From an uncultured Nitrososphaerota archaeon (GTDB lineage Archaea > Thermoproteota > Nitrososphaeria > Nitrososphaerales > CADDZS01): DNA of 64,000 nt. The position numbers were made by a program, and so were the translations under genes. Below, piece by piece: positions 18,812 to 29,046 of this stretch (its first letter is position 1; each line of letters begins with the position of its first letter). A model generated the notes under the pieces. It did not search any database and was not told where the DNA came from. It saw only the letters and a list, made by a program, of their open reading frames with translations. The DNA is taken from assembly GCA_963799845.1 (NCBI GenBank), contig CAWCYI010000006.1, positions 224,001 to 288,000 on the forward strand, given 5' to 3'.

Positions 18812-19618
18812 CTAGAATTTTCTTTCGATGTAATCAAGCATTGACTTGAATATTCCAGCACCCTCGCCATGAGTCGGGATTTCCCTCTTCATAGTCCAGT
18901 CTGGCATCTGGTAACCCCAGTAAGCGTCTTCAGGATGTGGCATCAACCCGAAAACAGTCCCGGACGGGCTACAAATTCCAGCTACATCGAGCTCCGATCC
19001 GTTCGGATTGTCGGGATACTTCTGGGAAGCAGGCTCACCTGATGGCTTTGCGTACTGAAGTGCAATCTGGTTATTGGCGGCCAAACATTCTATAATCTCG
19101 GGATTTTGCGTGATGAAGCGCCCTTCTCCGTGGGCCACAGGGAAACGATGTACGCCCGACAGCTCCTTTGTAAAAATGCAATTAGATTTCACATTGGCAA
19201 TCAAATTTACCCATCTGCATTCGAACCTGCCCGATTCATTGCTCGCTAGTGAAACCTGGGGCGAATCTGAAAAATCCAGATACGGTAAAAGTCCGGCTTC
19301 AACGAGGACCTGGAATCCGTTGCAAATTCCTAGTATCGGCTTTCCCGCTTCTGCAAACAATCTCAGGTCCTCGCCGAGAAATGCTTGAATCCTTTTAGCC
19401 CATATCGCTCCAGCCCTGACGTAATCGCCGTACGCAAATCCTCCCGGCAGAACGAGCCCGAGATACGTACCGAGGTTTCTTCGCCTCAGAATATCATTAA
19501 GATGAAGAATCTCGACGATCGCGCCCTGGTCCTCGAGTGCTGCTGCGGCGTCGGCATCCCTGTTCGTGCCGGCTACTCGCATTATGCATATCTTTACATC
19601 CTCTCGCCGCATCAACAA
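18812..19618 (-). CDS. purQ: FGAM synthase glutaminase subunit
   Basis: PGGFAYGDY, GICNGFQ, AHGEG, NPNGS, GLMPHPE. Confidence 0.96.
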   Translation of the reverse strand: MLMRREDVKICIMRVAGTNRDADAAAALEDQGAIVEILHLNDILRRRNLGTYLGLVLPGGFAYGDYVRAGAIWAKRIQAFLGEDLRLFAEAGKPILGICNGFQVLVEAGLLPYLDFSDSPQVSLASNESGRFECRWVNLIANVKSNCIFTKELSGVHRFPVAHGEGRFITQNPEIIECLAANNQIALQYAKPSGEPASQKYPDNPNGSELDVAGICSPSGTVFGLMPHPEDAYWGYQMPDWTMKREIPTHGEGAGIFKSMLDYIERKF

Positions 19619-19624
19619 AGCCCT

Positions 19625-21985
19625 CTATTTGCCTGCGAAAGGAGTGGAAAAACCGCCATTCCACGCAGAAGTGCAATCCTCCGCGGTAGTCGAAATCAGG
19701 AGTTTTCCTTCGTGATCGAGTACGCGGATACCGCTGTTTGTTATTTTGCCAATTTCTGAATAGGCAATGCCTTTCATCAATTTTTCAAATTTCGGCTCCT
19801 CCCCTACTTCAACTTCCACAATGAACCTAGAGTTCGATTCAGAAAATAGTTGTTCGATAACTTCCAGAACGGAAGAACTTGTCGGGAGTCTGATCTCCGA
19901 TCCGAGTCCGTTGGTTATGCACATTTCTGCAAGAGAGGCTGCGAGGCCTCCCTGCGATATATCATGGACTGCTCTAACAAAAGTCTGATCAGTAGCACGA
20001 TTCATCGCTTTGTATAGTGCGGGCGCTTTCTTCACATCGAGCTTCGGTACTTCTCCTCCACCAACTTTCTTTAGTCGGAAATATTCAGACCCTCCCAGTT
20101 CTGGCAAAGTATCTCCAACAAGATAAACGGAATCACCAGCAGTCTTGAAGTCAGAGCTCATTGACCGCGAAAAGTCCGGTACTATCCCGATCGCAGTGAC
20201 AACAAGGGTGGGCAGGATTTCTCCTAGGGGAGTCTGATTGTAGAGACTGTCCTTTCCAGAAATGAACGGTGTCTCGTAAGCTTTCGAAACGTCGTAGCAG
20301 GCTTTAGCAGCGCGCACGAGGTGTCCGAGGTTTTCTGGATCCTCCGGATCGCCCCAAGCAAAATTGTCGAGAAGCGCGATCCGCCTGCCGCCAACAGCGA
20401 CATTGTTCCTCACCGCCTCATCGATGGAGGATGCTGCCATCCAGTAAGCATCAATCGCGCCGAACTTTGGATTATATCCACACGAAATTGCCAATCCCTT
20501 TTCCGAACTCATGACGGGTTTGAGAACTGATGCATCATTGGGACCCGAGCCCGGATACTGAAACGGTTTGAGGACAGTGTTACCTTTGACCTCAAAGTCA
20601 TACGTGCGCACAAATTCCTCTTTGCTTGCGATATTCGGTGATCGAAGCAGCGATAGCAGGTCTTCGGTGAGATTCAGGTTCCTAATTTTCCCCAGACCAC
20701 TAGTTTCCGTTCCGATCTTATTTGTGTGTGGATAACTCGCTTCAAGCTCGGGGAGCGGCGGAGAAAATAGAAAATCTAGGTTTAACTCTCCCAGATCTTC
20801 TGTTCTATTTTTCAGCACTATTTCGCCGGAATCAGTCAGCTTTCCGATGGCGCCTGCTTCTATCTCCTCTCTTTCAAAAATTGACAGCGCCTTTGCAAGG
20901 GTCTGCTCTGGAATTACAAGCAACATTCTCTCCTGAGATTCTGAGATCCAGATTTCCCACGGCTCAATCTCCCGGATCTTCAGGGGTACGCTTGCCAAGT
21001 CCACGTCAGCGCCGAAACCAAATGATCTTGCAATCTCGCAAACCGCGGACGACAGCCCACCTCCTCCCAGATCGGTTATTGCAGATGCGAGCCTGCGATC
21101 CCCGATCTCAAGGACGGCTCTCATCAGCTTCTCTTCGACAATCGGATCGGGAATTTGAACCGCAGACCTCAGCGCGTCGGTGTCTCCTTCGATCTTATCC
21201 GATGCAAAATTGACTCCGTGGATTCCATCTCTCCCAGTTCTCGCCCCTGCGATGACAAGCACATCTCCCGGCTTTGCAGACCTTGCATAGCTTCTATTTT
21301 TTAGAAGACCAATGCAACCGCAAAAGACCAGAGTGTAACCGGTGTACGCTTCGTCAAAATATATTCCGCCGTTGACGGTCGGAATACCCATGTTGTTTCC
21401 GTATGCACCGACCCCCGATACCACGCCGCTGAGCAAGTAGCGGGGGTGCTTGATGTTCCCTGGCAGTTTCCCGTACGGAAAATTCAGATCGCCGAAAAAT
21501 AACGTGTCTGTGATCGCGATTGGCTCCGCGAATACTCCGAGAATGTCCCGTATCACGCCGCCGACCCCGGTGGCCGCGCCTCCGAATGGTTCGATCGCGC
21601 TGGGATGGTTGTGAGTTTCGACCTTCGCCGCGATAGAGATTGTCTCTTCGAATTTTATTAATCCAGCATTGTCAGTAAATGCCGAAACAACCCAGCTCGC
21701 TCCGATTTCTTCGGTGGCTCTCTTGATGTAGGATTTGAAAAGACCATCTACCGTTTCCTTACCAATCTTGATTTTGGATTTGAACACCTTGTGAAAACAA
21801 TGTTCAGACCAAGTCTGAGCGATCGTTTGAAGCTCGATTTCGGTTGGATCGCGACCCACTTTCCTAAAGAAAGTCCTGATCGCTGATACCTCCGGCAGAC
21901 TGAGACCAGTATTCAGCTTGCGGCAGAGCTGGTACGCCTTTTTTTCGTCTAGCGAGATCAGCTTAAGACTCTGCGCGGTTGCCAA
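19625..21985 (-). CDS. purL: FGAM synthase subunit PurL
   Basis: WSEHCFHK, KVETHNHPS, DLGGGG, SESQER, GKDSLYN. Confidence 0.97.
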   Translation of the reverse strand: MATAQSLKLISLDEKKAYQLCRKLNTGLSLPEVSAIRTFFRKVGRDPTEIELQTIAQTWSEHCFHKVFKSKIKIGKETVDGLFKSYIKRATEEIGASWVVSAFTDNAGLIKFEETISIAAKVETHNHPSAIEPFGGAATGVGGVIRDILGVFAEPIAITDTLFFGDLNFPYGKLPGNIKHPRYLLSGVVSGVGAYGNNMGIPTVNGGIYFDEAYTGYTLVFCGCIGLLKNRSYARSAKPGDVLVIAGARTGRDGIHGVNFASDKIEGDTDALRSAVQIPDPIVEEKLMRAVLEIGDRRLASAITDLGGGGLSSAVCEIARSFGFGADVDLASVPLKIREIEPWEIWISESQERMLLVIPEQTLAKALSIFEREEIEAGAIGKLTDSGEIVLKNRTEDLGELNLDFLFSPPLPELEASYPHTNKIGTETSGLGKIRNLNLTEDLLSLLRSPNIASKEEFVRTYDFEVKGNTVLKPFQYPGSGPNDASVLKPVMSSEKGLAISCGYNPKFGAIDAYWMAASSIDEAVRNNVAVGGRRIALLDNFAWGDPEDPENLGHLVRAAKACYDVSKAYETPFISGKDSLYNQTPLGEILPTLVVTAIGIVPDFSRSMSSDFKTAGDSVYLVGDTLPELGGSEYFRLKKVGGGEVPKLDVKKAPALYKAMNRATDQTFVRAVHDISQGGLAASLAEMCITNGLGSEIRLPTSSSVLEVIEQLFSESNSRFIVEVEVGEEPKFEKLMKGIAYSEIGKITNSGIRVLDHEGKLLISTTAEDCTSAWNGGFSTPFAGK

Positions 21986-22229
21986 TGGGCTCTACCTTAA
22001 GACTGAATTTATCCTTCGTGGGATTGACGAGAAGCCTAGAACACATATTGCGAACAATTACCTCTGCTTCTTTCTTGGTTCCCGAATCAATCGTAATTTC
22101 ATAGACCTTCATAGCTCTGACATTTGTAACTGGAAAGCTTAGGTCCTGCAAGGTTCTCTTCACGGTCTCTGATTCAGGGTCTACGCTGTCTTTCTTCAGA
22201 CCAATTTCGATCGTTGCTCTAAATCTCAA
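21963..22229 (-). CDS. purS: FGAM synthase subunit PurS
   Basis: DPE, LLVNP; position directly upstream of purL. Confidence 0.93.
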   Translation of the reverse strand: MRFRATIEIGLKKDSVDPESETVKRTLQDLSFPVTNVRAMKVYEITIDSGTKKEAEVIVRNMCSRLLVNPTKDKFSLKVEPIGNRAES

Positions 22230-22279
22230 TTACACTGAACACTTTATTTTCAATTACAAGATACTAATTTCCGAATAGA

Positions 22280-23404
22280 TCATAAGAAAATAGCCTTCTC
22301 GGTGAAGCCGCTTTCAACCGAGATTTTTCCATCAGTCGTTACGTAACCGATATCTTCTGCTGGGCAGAGATTATTTAAGGAATCAAGCGCACGCGGGACG
22401 TCTTTTGGAGATATTACGATTGCGAAACCGTATCCCATGTTGAACGTCCTGAACATCTCCGGAATGGAGATTGGCGTGCCCGAGGCTCGGGCGGTGTCAA
22501 TAATCAATTTGAAAATGGCTGGTTTTCTTGAAAGCCTTAGTCTCAAACCTAAACCGGATTTTCCAACCTTAGACTGCCACTGCAGTAATCTGTGAAACTT
22601 TGAAAGCCCGTCGCCCGTTACGTGAACGGCGGCTTTGATTTTGGCGATTTCTCTTAGACTCTTCATTTCCTTGACGTAAATTCGAGTTGGCTCCATCAAT
22701 TCCTCGATCAACGGACGGCCAAGGTCGTCGGGAGAATCATATGGGTCGAACTTACCACCCCATTCAAGAAGTAGAACCTTCCTTGCGAGAGTAAGCCCGT
22801 TGGAGTGCACACCAGAACTTTCGAGGCCTATGATTCTATCTCCCGGCGAAATATTCCCGCCGATGATATCGGCCTTTTTGACGATCCCAAGACAAGAGAC
22901 AAACAGGTCGAATGGAAGAGACCCGCCTTTTATTCGATCGTGGAGAAGTTCGGCTACGTCTCCGGTCTCGCCCGAAGCAAGTGCGCAACCTGCGATTTTC
23001 GCTGCGTTTTGAACTCCCGAGATTATCGAATGCAGCGTCTCCGGATTAGATTTGGATATGTGTACGGCATCGCTGACCAATATTGAGTCCGCTCCAGATC
23101 TGATCACGTCATTAACCGCCATCGCGACCCCGTCTATTCCAATGGTGCTATAATCGCCCGACAGCTCAGTGAGGAGGGTTTTCGTCCCCACTCCTTCGAT
23201 CTCCATGTCAAAATATGAATCGGGAGTTAATGGCGAGGGAAAAAGCGTCCCAAACGGGAGCCTCACAACTTTCCCGAATTTATATGATCCCGCCTGTTCC
23301 GAGAGTACACTCTGGATGTTGAATTGAGATTCTTGTCGAGTGTGCCTGTCGACGCCAAGTCGTGAGTAAGTGAGTTTTTTCGGCTCACCTTTCTTTGCCT
23401 TCAA
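22280..23404 (-). CDS. purM: AIR synthetase
   Basis: TYSRLGVD, EGVGTK, AMAVND, SSGVHSNG, EPTRIY, TFNMG. Confidence 0.93.
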   Translation of the reverse strand: MKAKKGEPKKLTYSRLGVDRHTRQESQFNIQSVLSEQAGSYKFGKVVRLPFGTLFPSPLTPDSYFDMEIEGVGTKTLLTELSGDYSTIGIDGVAMAVNDVIRSGADSILVSDAVHISKSNPETLHSIISGVQNAAKIAGCALASGETGDVAELLHDRIKGGSLPFDLFVSCLGIVKKADIIGGNISPGDRIIGLESSGVHSNGLTLARKVLLLEWGGKFDPYDSPDDLGRPLIEELMEPTRIYVKEMKSLREIAKIKAAVHVTGDGLSKFHRLLQWQSKVGKSGLGLRLRLSRKPAIFKLIIDTARASGTPISIPEMFRTFNMGYGFAIVISPKDVPRALDSLNNLCPAEDIGYVTTDGKISVESGFTEKAIFL

Positions 23405-23620
23405 TTCAATACCGCGCTGAATTCATTTGGGAGTCTCTGCGAATATAGTCGTGTTTCTTGCAAGGCGCATCCAGAATATACCAAGGAAGTCTGTCGTTCA
23501 AATATCAGTTTTCATGCCTTTATTAAAAAAATGTACTGGTACTGTACTTTCGAAATTGATACTACCTATAGGTCGATGCAAGACAGCATCGATGACTTCG
23601 GCCTCTTTTCATTTCGGAGT

Positions 23621-25069
23621 CTATTTGTTGAGTTCTTTCGAAAGAGCTGAGACCTGAGCCTTCCACGAGCGAGCGACCTTTCGGGCTTTTTCCTCGGAGA
23701 TTCCAAGATACTTTACCGGATCGTCTACCAAAGCCCATCCCGAACTGGGAATCTTGTCGTAGTACTTGGCGAGTTTGGCATCCGTTCTTATGAGGTCTCG
23801 AAAACTCTTCTTTTTCTCAATGGATTCCTGCACCAGTCTTCGAACAGTTTCATGAGCATCCGGGTGGCCCCGGGCCGCAAGTAGAATGTAAAGAGGCTCC
23901 GATGCTATCTTGTCGGCGCTGAGCGCCAAGTTCTTCTGAAGCATCTTCTCATCGACCGTAAGTTTCAATTTGTCCTTCTTATCGTCCCACAAAGTTCGGA
24001 TCAATCGTCTGACGGAATAATCGAATGCGACGACGAGCTCCGGGAGATAGCGCTGGGAGGAAGAATTGGTCAGGTCCCGTTGGTGCTCCGAGATCTGATC
24101 CATGTAGACCGTCACCATCTGCGGCATGAATTTCTTCCACATGCTCTCGACATTCTCAAAGTTTATCGGGTTTCGTTTTTGGGGCATCGTCGACGAACCA
24201 ACCTGGTCCGCGGAGAACTCTTCAGAGATCTCGGAAATTTCGCTTCGCTGGAGATGTCGCATGTCCCTCGCGAAATTGGCTATTACCCCGAAGGCGGAAA
24301 CGATGGAATGCATCAGATCCGTTATTGGCTCGGGCTGGACAATTTGAGTAGAAACTTCGGAAGCTTTCAAACCGAGTGACGAAAGTAGTTGGGTTTCAAA
24401 TAATTCTGGATCTTTTAGTATCAGTGATAGGGGCCCGTAAACACCGACAGCCCCAGCGAACTTTCCCGAGAGATTATTTGCCGATTCTCTAATTTTCAGA
24501 ATTCTTTGTCCGAGTCTTGAAACGTAGTATGCGAACGAAAAGCCCACGGTTATCGGTTCGGCGTGCTGACCGTGCGTTCTTCCTATCTGCGGTAGGCTGG
24601 AATATTTCAAAGTAAGTTCGATAAGGACGGATTCAAGTTTCAGCAGGTCAGGAAGCACAACGTGGAAAATTGCGTCCTTGAAACGAAGGGCATTGGCGGT
24701 ATCCACAATGTCGTATGAGGTCGCGGTCAGGTGGACAAATGGTTTGGACTCGTCGGAAACTCGATTCCGAATGACATTTGCAAGAGCTCTAATGTCGTGC
24801 TTGATCTTGCGCTCCTCGACGTAGACTTCTTCGGCGGTCACCTGCTTAGCCGCCAGCTCAATCTCTTCAGCGACCTTTCTTGAGCAGATCCCGCTCTTGA
24901 ACAGTTGACTGGCGAGCGCACCCTCGACTCGAGCCTTGTATTCGACGTAGAACTCTTCTGAGAGAAACGGTAGGAGATCACTAACTGAATATCTAAAGTC
25001 TGTTGGGGAAAATAATTTCGAGAATTGCGGGAATTTTTTTTCCCCGGAATCGAAAGTAGCTTTCTTCAA
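23621..25069 (-). CDS. purB: Adenylosuccinate lyase
   Basis: GRTHGQHAEP, GSSTMPQKRNP, HQRDLTNS. Confidence 0.95.
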   Translation of the reverse strand: MKKATFDSGEKKFPQFSKLFSPTDFRYSVSDLLPFLSEEFYVEYKARVEGALASQLFKSGICSRKVAEEIELAAKQVTAEEVYVEERKIKHDIRALANVIRNRVSDESKPFVHLTATSYDIVDTANALRFKDAIFHVVLPDLLKLESVLIELTLKYSSLPQIGRTHGQHAEPITVGFSFAYYVSRLGQRILKIRESANNLSGKFAGAVGVYGPLSLILKDPELFETQLLSSLGLKASEVSTQIVQPEPITDLMHSIVSAFGVIANFARDMRHLQRSEISEISEEFSADQVGSSTMPQKRNPINFENVESMWKKFMPQMVTVYMDQISEHQRDLTNSSSQRYLPELVVAFDYSVRRLIRTLWDDKKDKLKLTVDEKMLQKNLALSADKIASEPLYILLAARGHPDAHETVRRLVQESIEKKKSFRDLIRTDAKLAKYYDKIPSSGWALVDDPVKYLGISEEKARKVARSWKAQVSALSKELNK

Positions 25070-25088
25070 TAACTGATCGCGAGCTCCA

Positions 25089-25991
25089 TCAAGTCTCGCT
25101 TAATCTGGAAATTACTTCATCTACGCTCAGAAGACCGAGAGACTCGACCGATCTCACGCCGGACAACACTTCCCACGCACCTTGGCAACGCTTTGATATT
25201 TGAGTCAGGACAAGATCGGGAAGATCGGGGATATCGCCTTCTCCGGAGAATCTCTTCCTGAGCAAGAAATCGCGCAGAAACTCCTTGTCCAGGCAATGTT
25301 TCTCCTGTTTCTCACCAATCTTGTACTTGTCCTTCGCCCAGAATCTCCCAGAATCATGAGTAGGAGGCTCGTCAATCTGAATAAGTTCGTCCTTAACCCG
25401 CCCATACTCCAGCTTGAAATCCGGGATGATAATTCCCTTCAGCCAAGCTTCTCTCTTGTAATATTCGAATAATCTGTAAGTCGCTTCTTCAAGTTCGTTC
25501 CACTCGTCAAGAGTAACCAGATTCCTTTGAAGCGCTTCGTCTTTGGATAGTTCCGCGTCATGTCCTTCGTCGCTCTTCGTGGTAGGTGTAAGAATAATCT
25601 CCGGAAGTTCCTCCGCCAGCTGCAAGCCGCCTGGAAGCTTTATCCCTGAAATTTCTCTGGCACCTTTCGAATACGTTCTCCAAGCTGAGCCATAAAGGTA
25701 GGCTCTAACAATCCATTCAATGTCGATTCTCTGGGCCTTTTTGACTCTCAAGGTGCGTTCATCGAATCTTGCAATCAGGTGGTTCTTGTAGATGTGATTG
25801 GTTTTCAAAAACCAGAATTCAGACAAGCTTGTCAGAGCGACCCCCTTGCCTTCAATTCCTAATGGCATTATTCTGTCGAAGGCGGAAATCCTGTCTGTTG
25901 CGACTATGAGAAGCTCGTCACCCTCGTCGTAAACGTCTCTGACTTTTCCGCGCCTCAAAAGTTTCTTATTTTGAAGTTCAGATTGCAGCAT
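25089..25991 (-). CDS. purC: SAICAR synthetase
   Basis: GKVRDVY, TDRISAFD, TPTTK, DFKLEYG, LDKEFLR; start could be 26009. Confidence 0.95.
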   Translation of the reverse strand: MLQSELQNKKLLRRGKVRDVYDEGDELLIVATDRISAFDRIMPLGIEGKGVALTSLSEFWFLKTNHIYKNHLIARFDERTLRVKKAQRIDIEWIVRAYLYGSAWRTYSKGAREISGIKLPGGLQLAEELPEIILTPTTKSDEGHDAELSKDEALQRNLVTLDEWNELEEATYRLFEYYKREAWLKGIIIPDFKLEYGRVKDELIQIDEPPTHDSGRFWAKDKYKIGEKQEKHCLDKEFLRDFLLRKRFSGEGDIPDLPDLVLTQISKRCQGAWEVLSGVRSVESLGLLSVDEVISRLSET

Positions 25992-26051
25992 TACTGTCAA
26001 AGCTAGCAAACTCCCGATATTTCGACTAATGTCTCTAAAATGAAATTATTC

Positions 26052-26541
26052 TCAAGCTGCATTCTTTTGAACGATCTCGGAATCGATTCTCTCCAGCTGA
26101 GTCCTTTTCTCGTTTGTCATAATTGCGATCTTGTTTTTCAGCTCAGAGTTCGACAACGCAAAAATCTGAGCCACAAAATTGGCAGCCTTTGACGGATCGT
26201 TCACAAAAGCAACCGGGACGTCCGAAGGAGTAAAGGCCGACGAAAATATCTTCATCAAATCATATTTGTCAAGATCTGGAGGGCACGCGATAACCGGAAA
26301 CAGCCGCTGGGCGGCCACTACTCCAGAGAGCGCGTCGGAAAGGCCAGCAACAGTGATCGCGACTATTTCGTCTCCGCTGGAAGAATACTGGCGCAGCAAT
26401 TTCAAGAGATACTCGGGAGTTCTGTGTGCAGAGGCGACCCTAGAGCTCGCTGGCTATGGAATATGATGAAAGAGAGGCCTTTATTTTTTCACAAAATTCC
26501 AAGTCGCTTTTCGACCCCATCAAGATTATGGCTTTTTGCAA
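26052..26541 (-). CDS. purE: AIR carboxylase/N5-CAIR mutase (1-bp insertion near 26442)
   Basis: The N-terminal part ILMGSKSD...EL* joins RVASAHRTP...VAGLSDALSGVV...PVIACPP after one base is removed; start TTG 26541 or ATG 26580. Confidence 0.9.
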
Positions 26542-26586
26542 TCTTACCCTCTCAGCTCCCGAAAGATACTCGGTCATCATTTATGC

Positions 26587-27561
26587 CTATTCGCTTCTGT
26601 CATTTGTATTGGAATTCAATTTCTTTTTCCACATTAGCGATCGTCGAACCGTTTTGGCTTGTTTCGAATCTAGTGGAACAAGTGGTGGGCGAACATCACC
26701 GCAATCCAATCCTATGAATCGAAGAGCTTCCTTCAGGGCGGCTGGAAAAGTTCCCAGTCCGAGAATCTCAGTGAATCCGTCTATTTTTTCCTGAGCTTTC
26801 CTAGCCTGCTCGAAGTTGCCATCCTTGAAAAATTCATAAATTCTGCAGGTCTCTTCTGGCAGCACATTCGCGCATCCCACAGTTGCTCCTGACGCACCCA
26901 ATTCAAGGGCTGAAAGGATGAGTGGATCAGATCCAATCGTGACTGGAACGACCCCCTTCAAGATTCGCAGATAGCCCAGGAATTGTTCAAGGTCACTAGT
27001 TGTGAATTTGACCCCGAAAACTTTGCCGGGATGGCGAGTGGCCAATTTCTTCACAATTTCAGGTTGAACGCCGTATCCTATCCATGACGGTATATTGTAA
27101 ATCATAAGCGGCAGTTTCACATTTTCAATTATTGCGCTGAAATGATTGAACAAGCCATCCTCGGTCGTTTTGTAATACATCGGTCCCGTGGCAATTACGG
27201 CATCTACTCCAGCTTCTTCAGCACTCTGACCGAGTTCTATCGCGTTCTTTGTAGATGCTTCCGAAATTCCGGCAATGACGGGAACTCTGCCGTGAGCAGC
27301 TCTTGAGACGGTCCTAACCGCCTCCTTTCTCTCCTCGTGGCTTTGCATCAAGAATTCTCCGGATGTCCCGTTCACCATCAGAGCATTCACTTGATTATCG
27401 GACAAGTAGCTAGTAAGTTTCGAAAGTGCCGCGTGATCAATTTCCTCCATGTTTTTTCCTTTGAACGGCGTGACCATGGGAACAATTATGCCGTGAAGAT
27501 CATTGTGCGATTTCTTCGGTCCGGATTGTTGATTCAATATAGTCCCTTTGCGCGGTTTCAT
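26587..27561 (-). CDS. DHDPS/N-acetylneuraminate lyase family aldolase
   Basis: PMVTPF, NGTSGE, IYNIP, Schiff-base Lys in GVKFT; substrate unclear. Confidence 0.88.
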   Translation of the reverse strand: MKPRKGTILNQQSGPKKSHNDLHGIIVPMVTPFKGKNMEEIDHAALSKLTSYLSDNQVNALMVNGTSGEFLMQSHEERKEAVRTVSRAAHGRVPVIAGISEASTKNAIELGQSAEEAGVDAVIATGPMYYKTTEDGLFNHFSAIIENVKLPLMIYNIPSWIGYGVQPEIVKKLATRHPGKVFGVKFTTSDLEQFLGYLRILKGVVPVTIGSDPLILSALELGASGATVGCANVLPEETCRIYEFFKDGNFEQARKAQEKIDGFTEILGLGTFPAALKEALRFIGLDCGDVRPPLVPLDSKQAKTVRRSLMWKKKLNSNTNDRSE

Positions 27562-27607
27562 TTTCGAGACACGTATTTCTGGGTTCCCGACACAGGAAAA
27601 AGTTGAG

Positions 27608-29014
27608 CTACTGGACTAAAGCCAATCCGATATCGTCAACGTTGGTCCCGGTCGGACCGGTAATGAGCAAGCTCTTCGCCACTTTCCTGAAAAAGGAATT
27701 TGAATCGTTGTCCCTCAAATAGTCATCAGCATTCAGTTTTTTCCTTTTAGCGATCAGGTCTACTTCCGAATCTACTATCGCGCCCGCAGCGTCAGAAAAG
27801 CCGTCCTTTCCATCAGTTCCCATGAACGCGACGGTTACACCTTCAACAGATCCTATCTTTCGGAGAGCGCTCAACGCTTCCTCTTGATTTCTCCCTCCTT
27901 TTCCCATTCCTCGAACAGTTACAGTAGTCTCTCCGCCCCAGATGAATGCGCTCGGTTTCCCAAATCCATGGACTTCATAAGTCCCTTTCCTAACCATCAG
28001 GAAGAACGAGACTAGATTGGTTGCCAAATCTTTTGACTCTCCTTGCATGTCCGAGCCGAGATAATACGGGCTGAAATTTCCGTTTTTTTCGATGACATCA
28101 ATCGCAGCCTTGCAAGCGACTGAATTGTCGCCCAAAATGGAATTGGTTACCCTTCTAAAAATTGGATCTCGAGATTTGGGAGTCTCCGGAATCTTGCCTT
28201 GTGCTCCATCTCTCAACCTGCGCAGAACACGAGCAGGAACTAGATTCGTCAAATCATATTCCTTCAAGATAGAAAGAGCTTCTTTGAAGGTGGTGGAGTC
28301 GGGCGCAGTCGGGCCCGAAGCAATCGATCCGACGGGATTTCCCACGATATCCGAAATAATCAAAGAGAGAATTTTCGCACCATTCGCATTTTTGGCGAGC
28401 TGGCCACCTTTGATCAAAGACAAGTGCTTGCGGACACAATTCATTTTCTCAATGCTTGCACCGCTTTTCAGCAAAAGGCTGGTCGTCTTGATCTTGTCAT
28501 CGAGAGTTATCCCCCTTGCCGGTATCGCCATCAAGGAGGAACCTCCTCCGGATATCAGGCACAAGACAAGCGAATCTTTGGTGGCCTGACTGACAGCCTG
28601 CATTATTTTGGTTGTAGCCTTTACGCTTTTTTCACTCGGGATCGGATGGCTCGATTCGAGTAAAGTTATTTTTCGAGTATGAAAATCGTGAGAAGTCCCT
28701 TCCAAGATACTAACTACCCCAGAGTACTCAATTTCTTTAGGGAGCTGCCGTTCAAGCTCCTCTGCCATTGCTCCACTTGCCTTACCACCTCCAACCACGA
28801 TCAGTTTATCGAATTCTCTGAGATCCCAGTCCAGTTCTTCTCCAAGTATTGTAAGAATGTGCGTTGCTTTGACAGAAAGCTTGTTCTTCATCAAGTTCTG
28901 GGGCAGGACGGCTTCGACGGCAGCGTTAAGACTGTCGAGTATCAGCCGTTTGCGTCCGGCAGGATCTATTTTGACTATATCAGAATAATCTTCGAACCTA
29001 TCGCGAGCTATCAC
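27608..29014 (-). CDS. Glycerate 2-kinase (MOFRL family)
   Basis: GGGKAS, SHPIP, ISGGGSSL, IKGGQL, GGETTV, GGRNQE, GTDGKDG, TGTNV. Confidence 0.93.
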   Translation of the reverse strand: MIARDRFEDYSDIVKIDPAGRKRLILDSLNAAVEAVLPQNLMKNKLSVKATHILTILGEELDWDLREFDKLIVVGGGKASGAMAEELERQLPKEIEYSGVVSILEGTSHDFHTRKITLLESSHPIPSEKSVKATTKIMQAVSQATKDSLVLCLISGGGSSLMAIPARGITLDDKIKTTSLLLKSGASIEKMNCVRKHLSLIKGGQLAKNANGAKILSLIISDIVGNPVGSIASGPTAPDSTTFKEALSILKEYDLTNLVPARVLRRLRDGAQGKIPETPKSRDPIFRRVTNSILGDNSVACKAAIDVIEKNGNFSPYYLGSDMQGESKDLATNLVSFFLMVRKGTYEVHGFGKPSAFIWGGETTVTVRGMGKGGRNQEEALSALRKIGSVEGVTVAFMGTDGKDGFSDAAGAIVDSEVDLIAKRKKLNADDYLRDNDSNSFFRKVAKSLLITGPTGTNVDDIGLALVQ

Positions 29015-29046
29015 GTCAAGTCACTTTTCGAACCAAAAATATTTGC

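Noticed and set aside
23405-23620. Riboswitch or ORF in the purB-purM gap; hairpin TCGATGC/GCATCGA at 23573-23592
   Set aside because: No recognisable aptamer; a single 7-bp stem plus an internal promoter-like AT tract is enough to explain the gap
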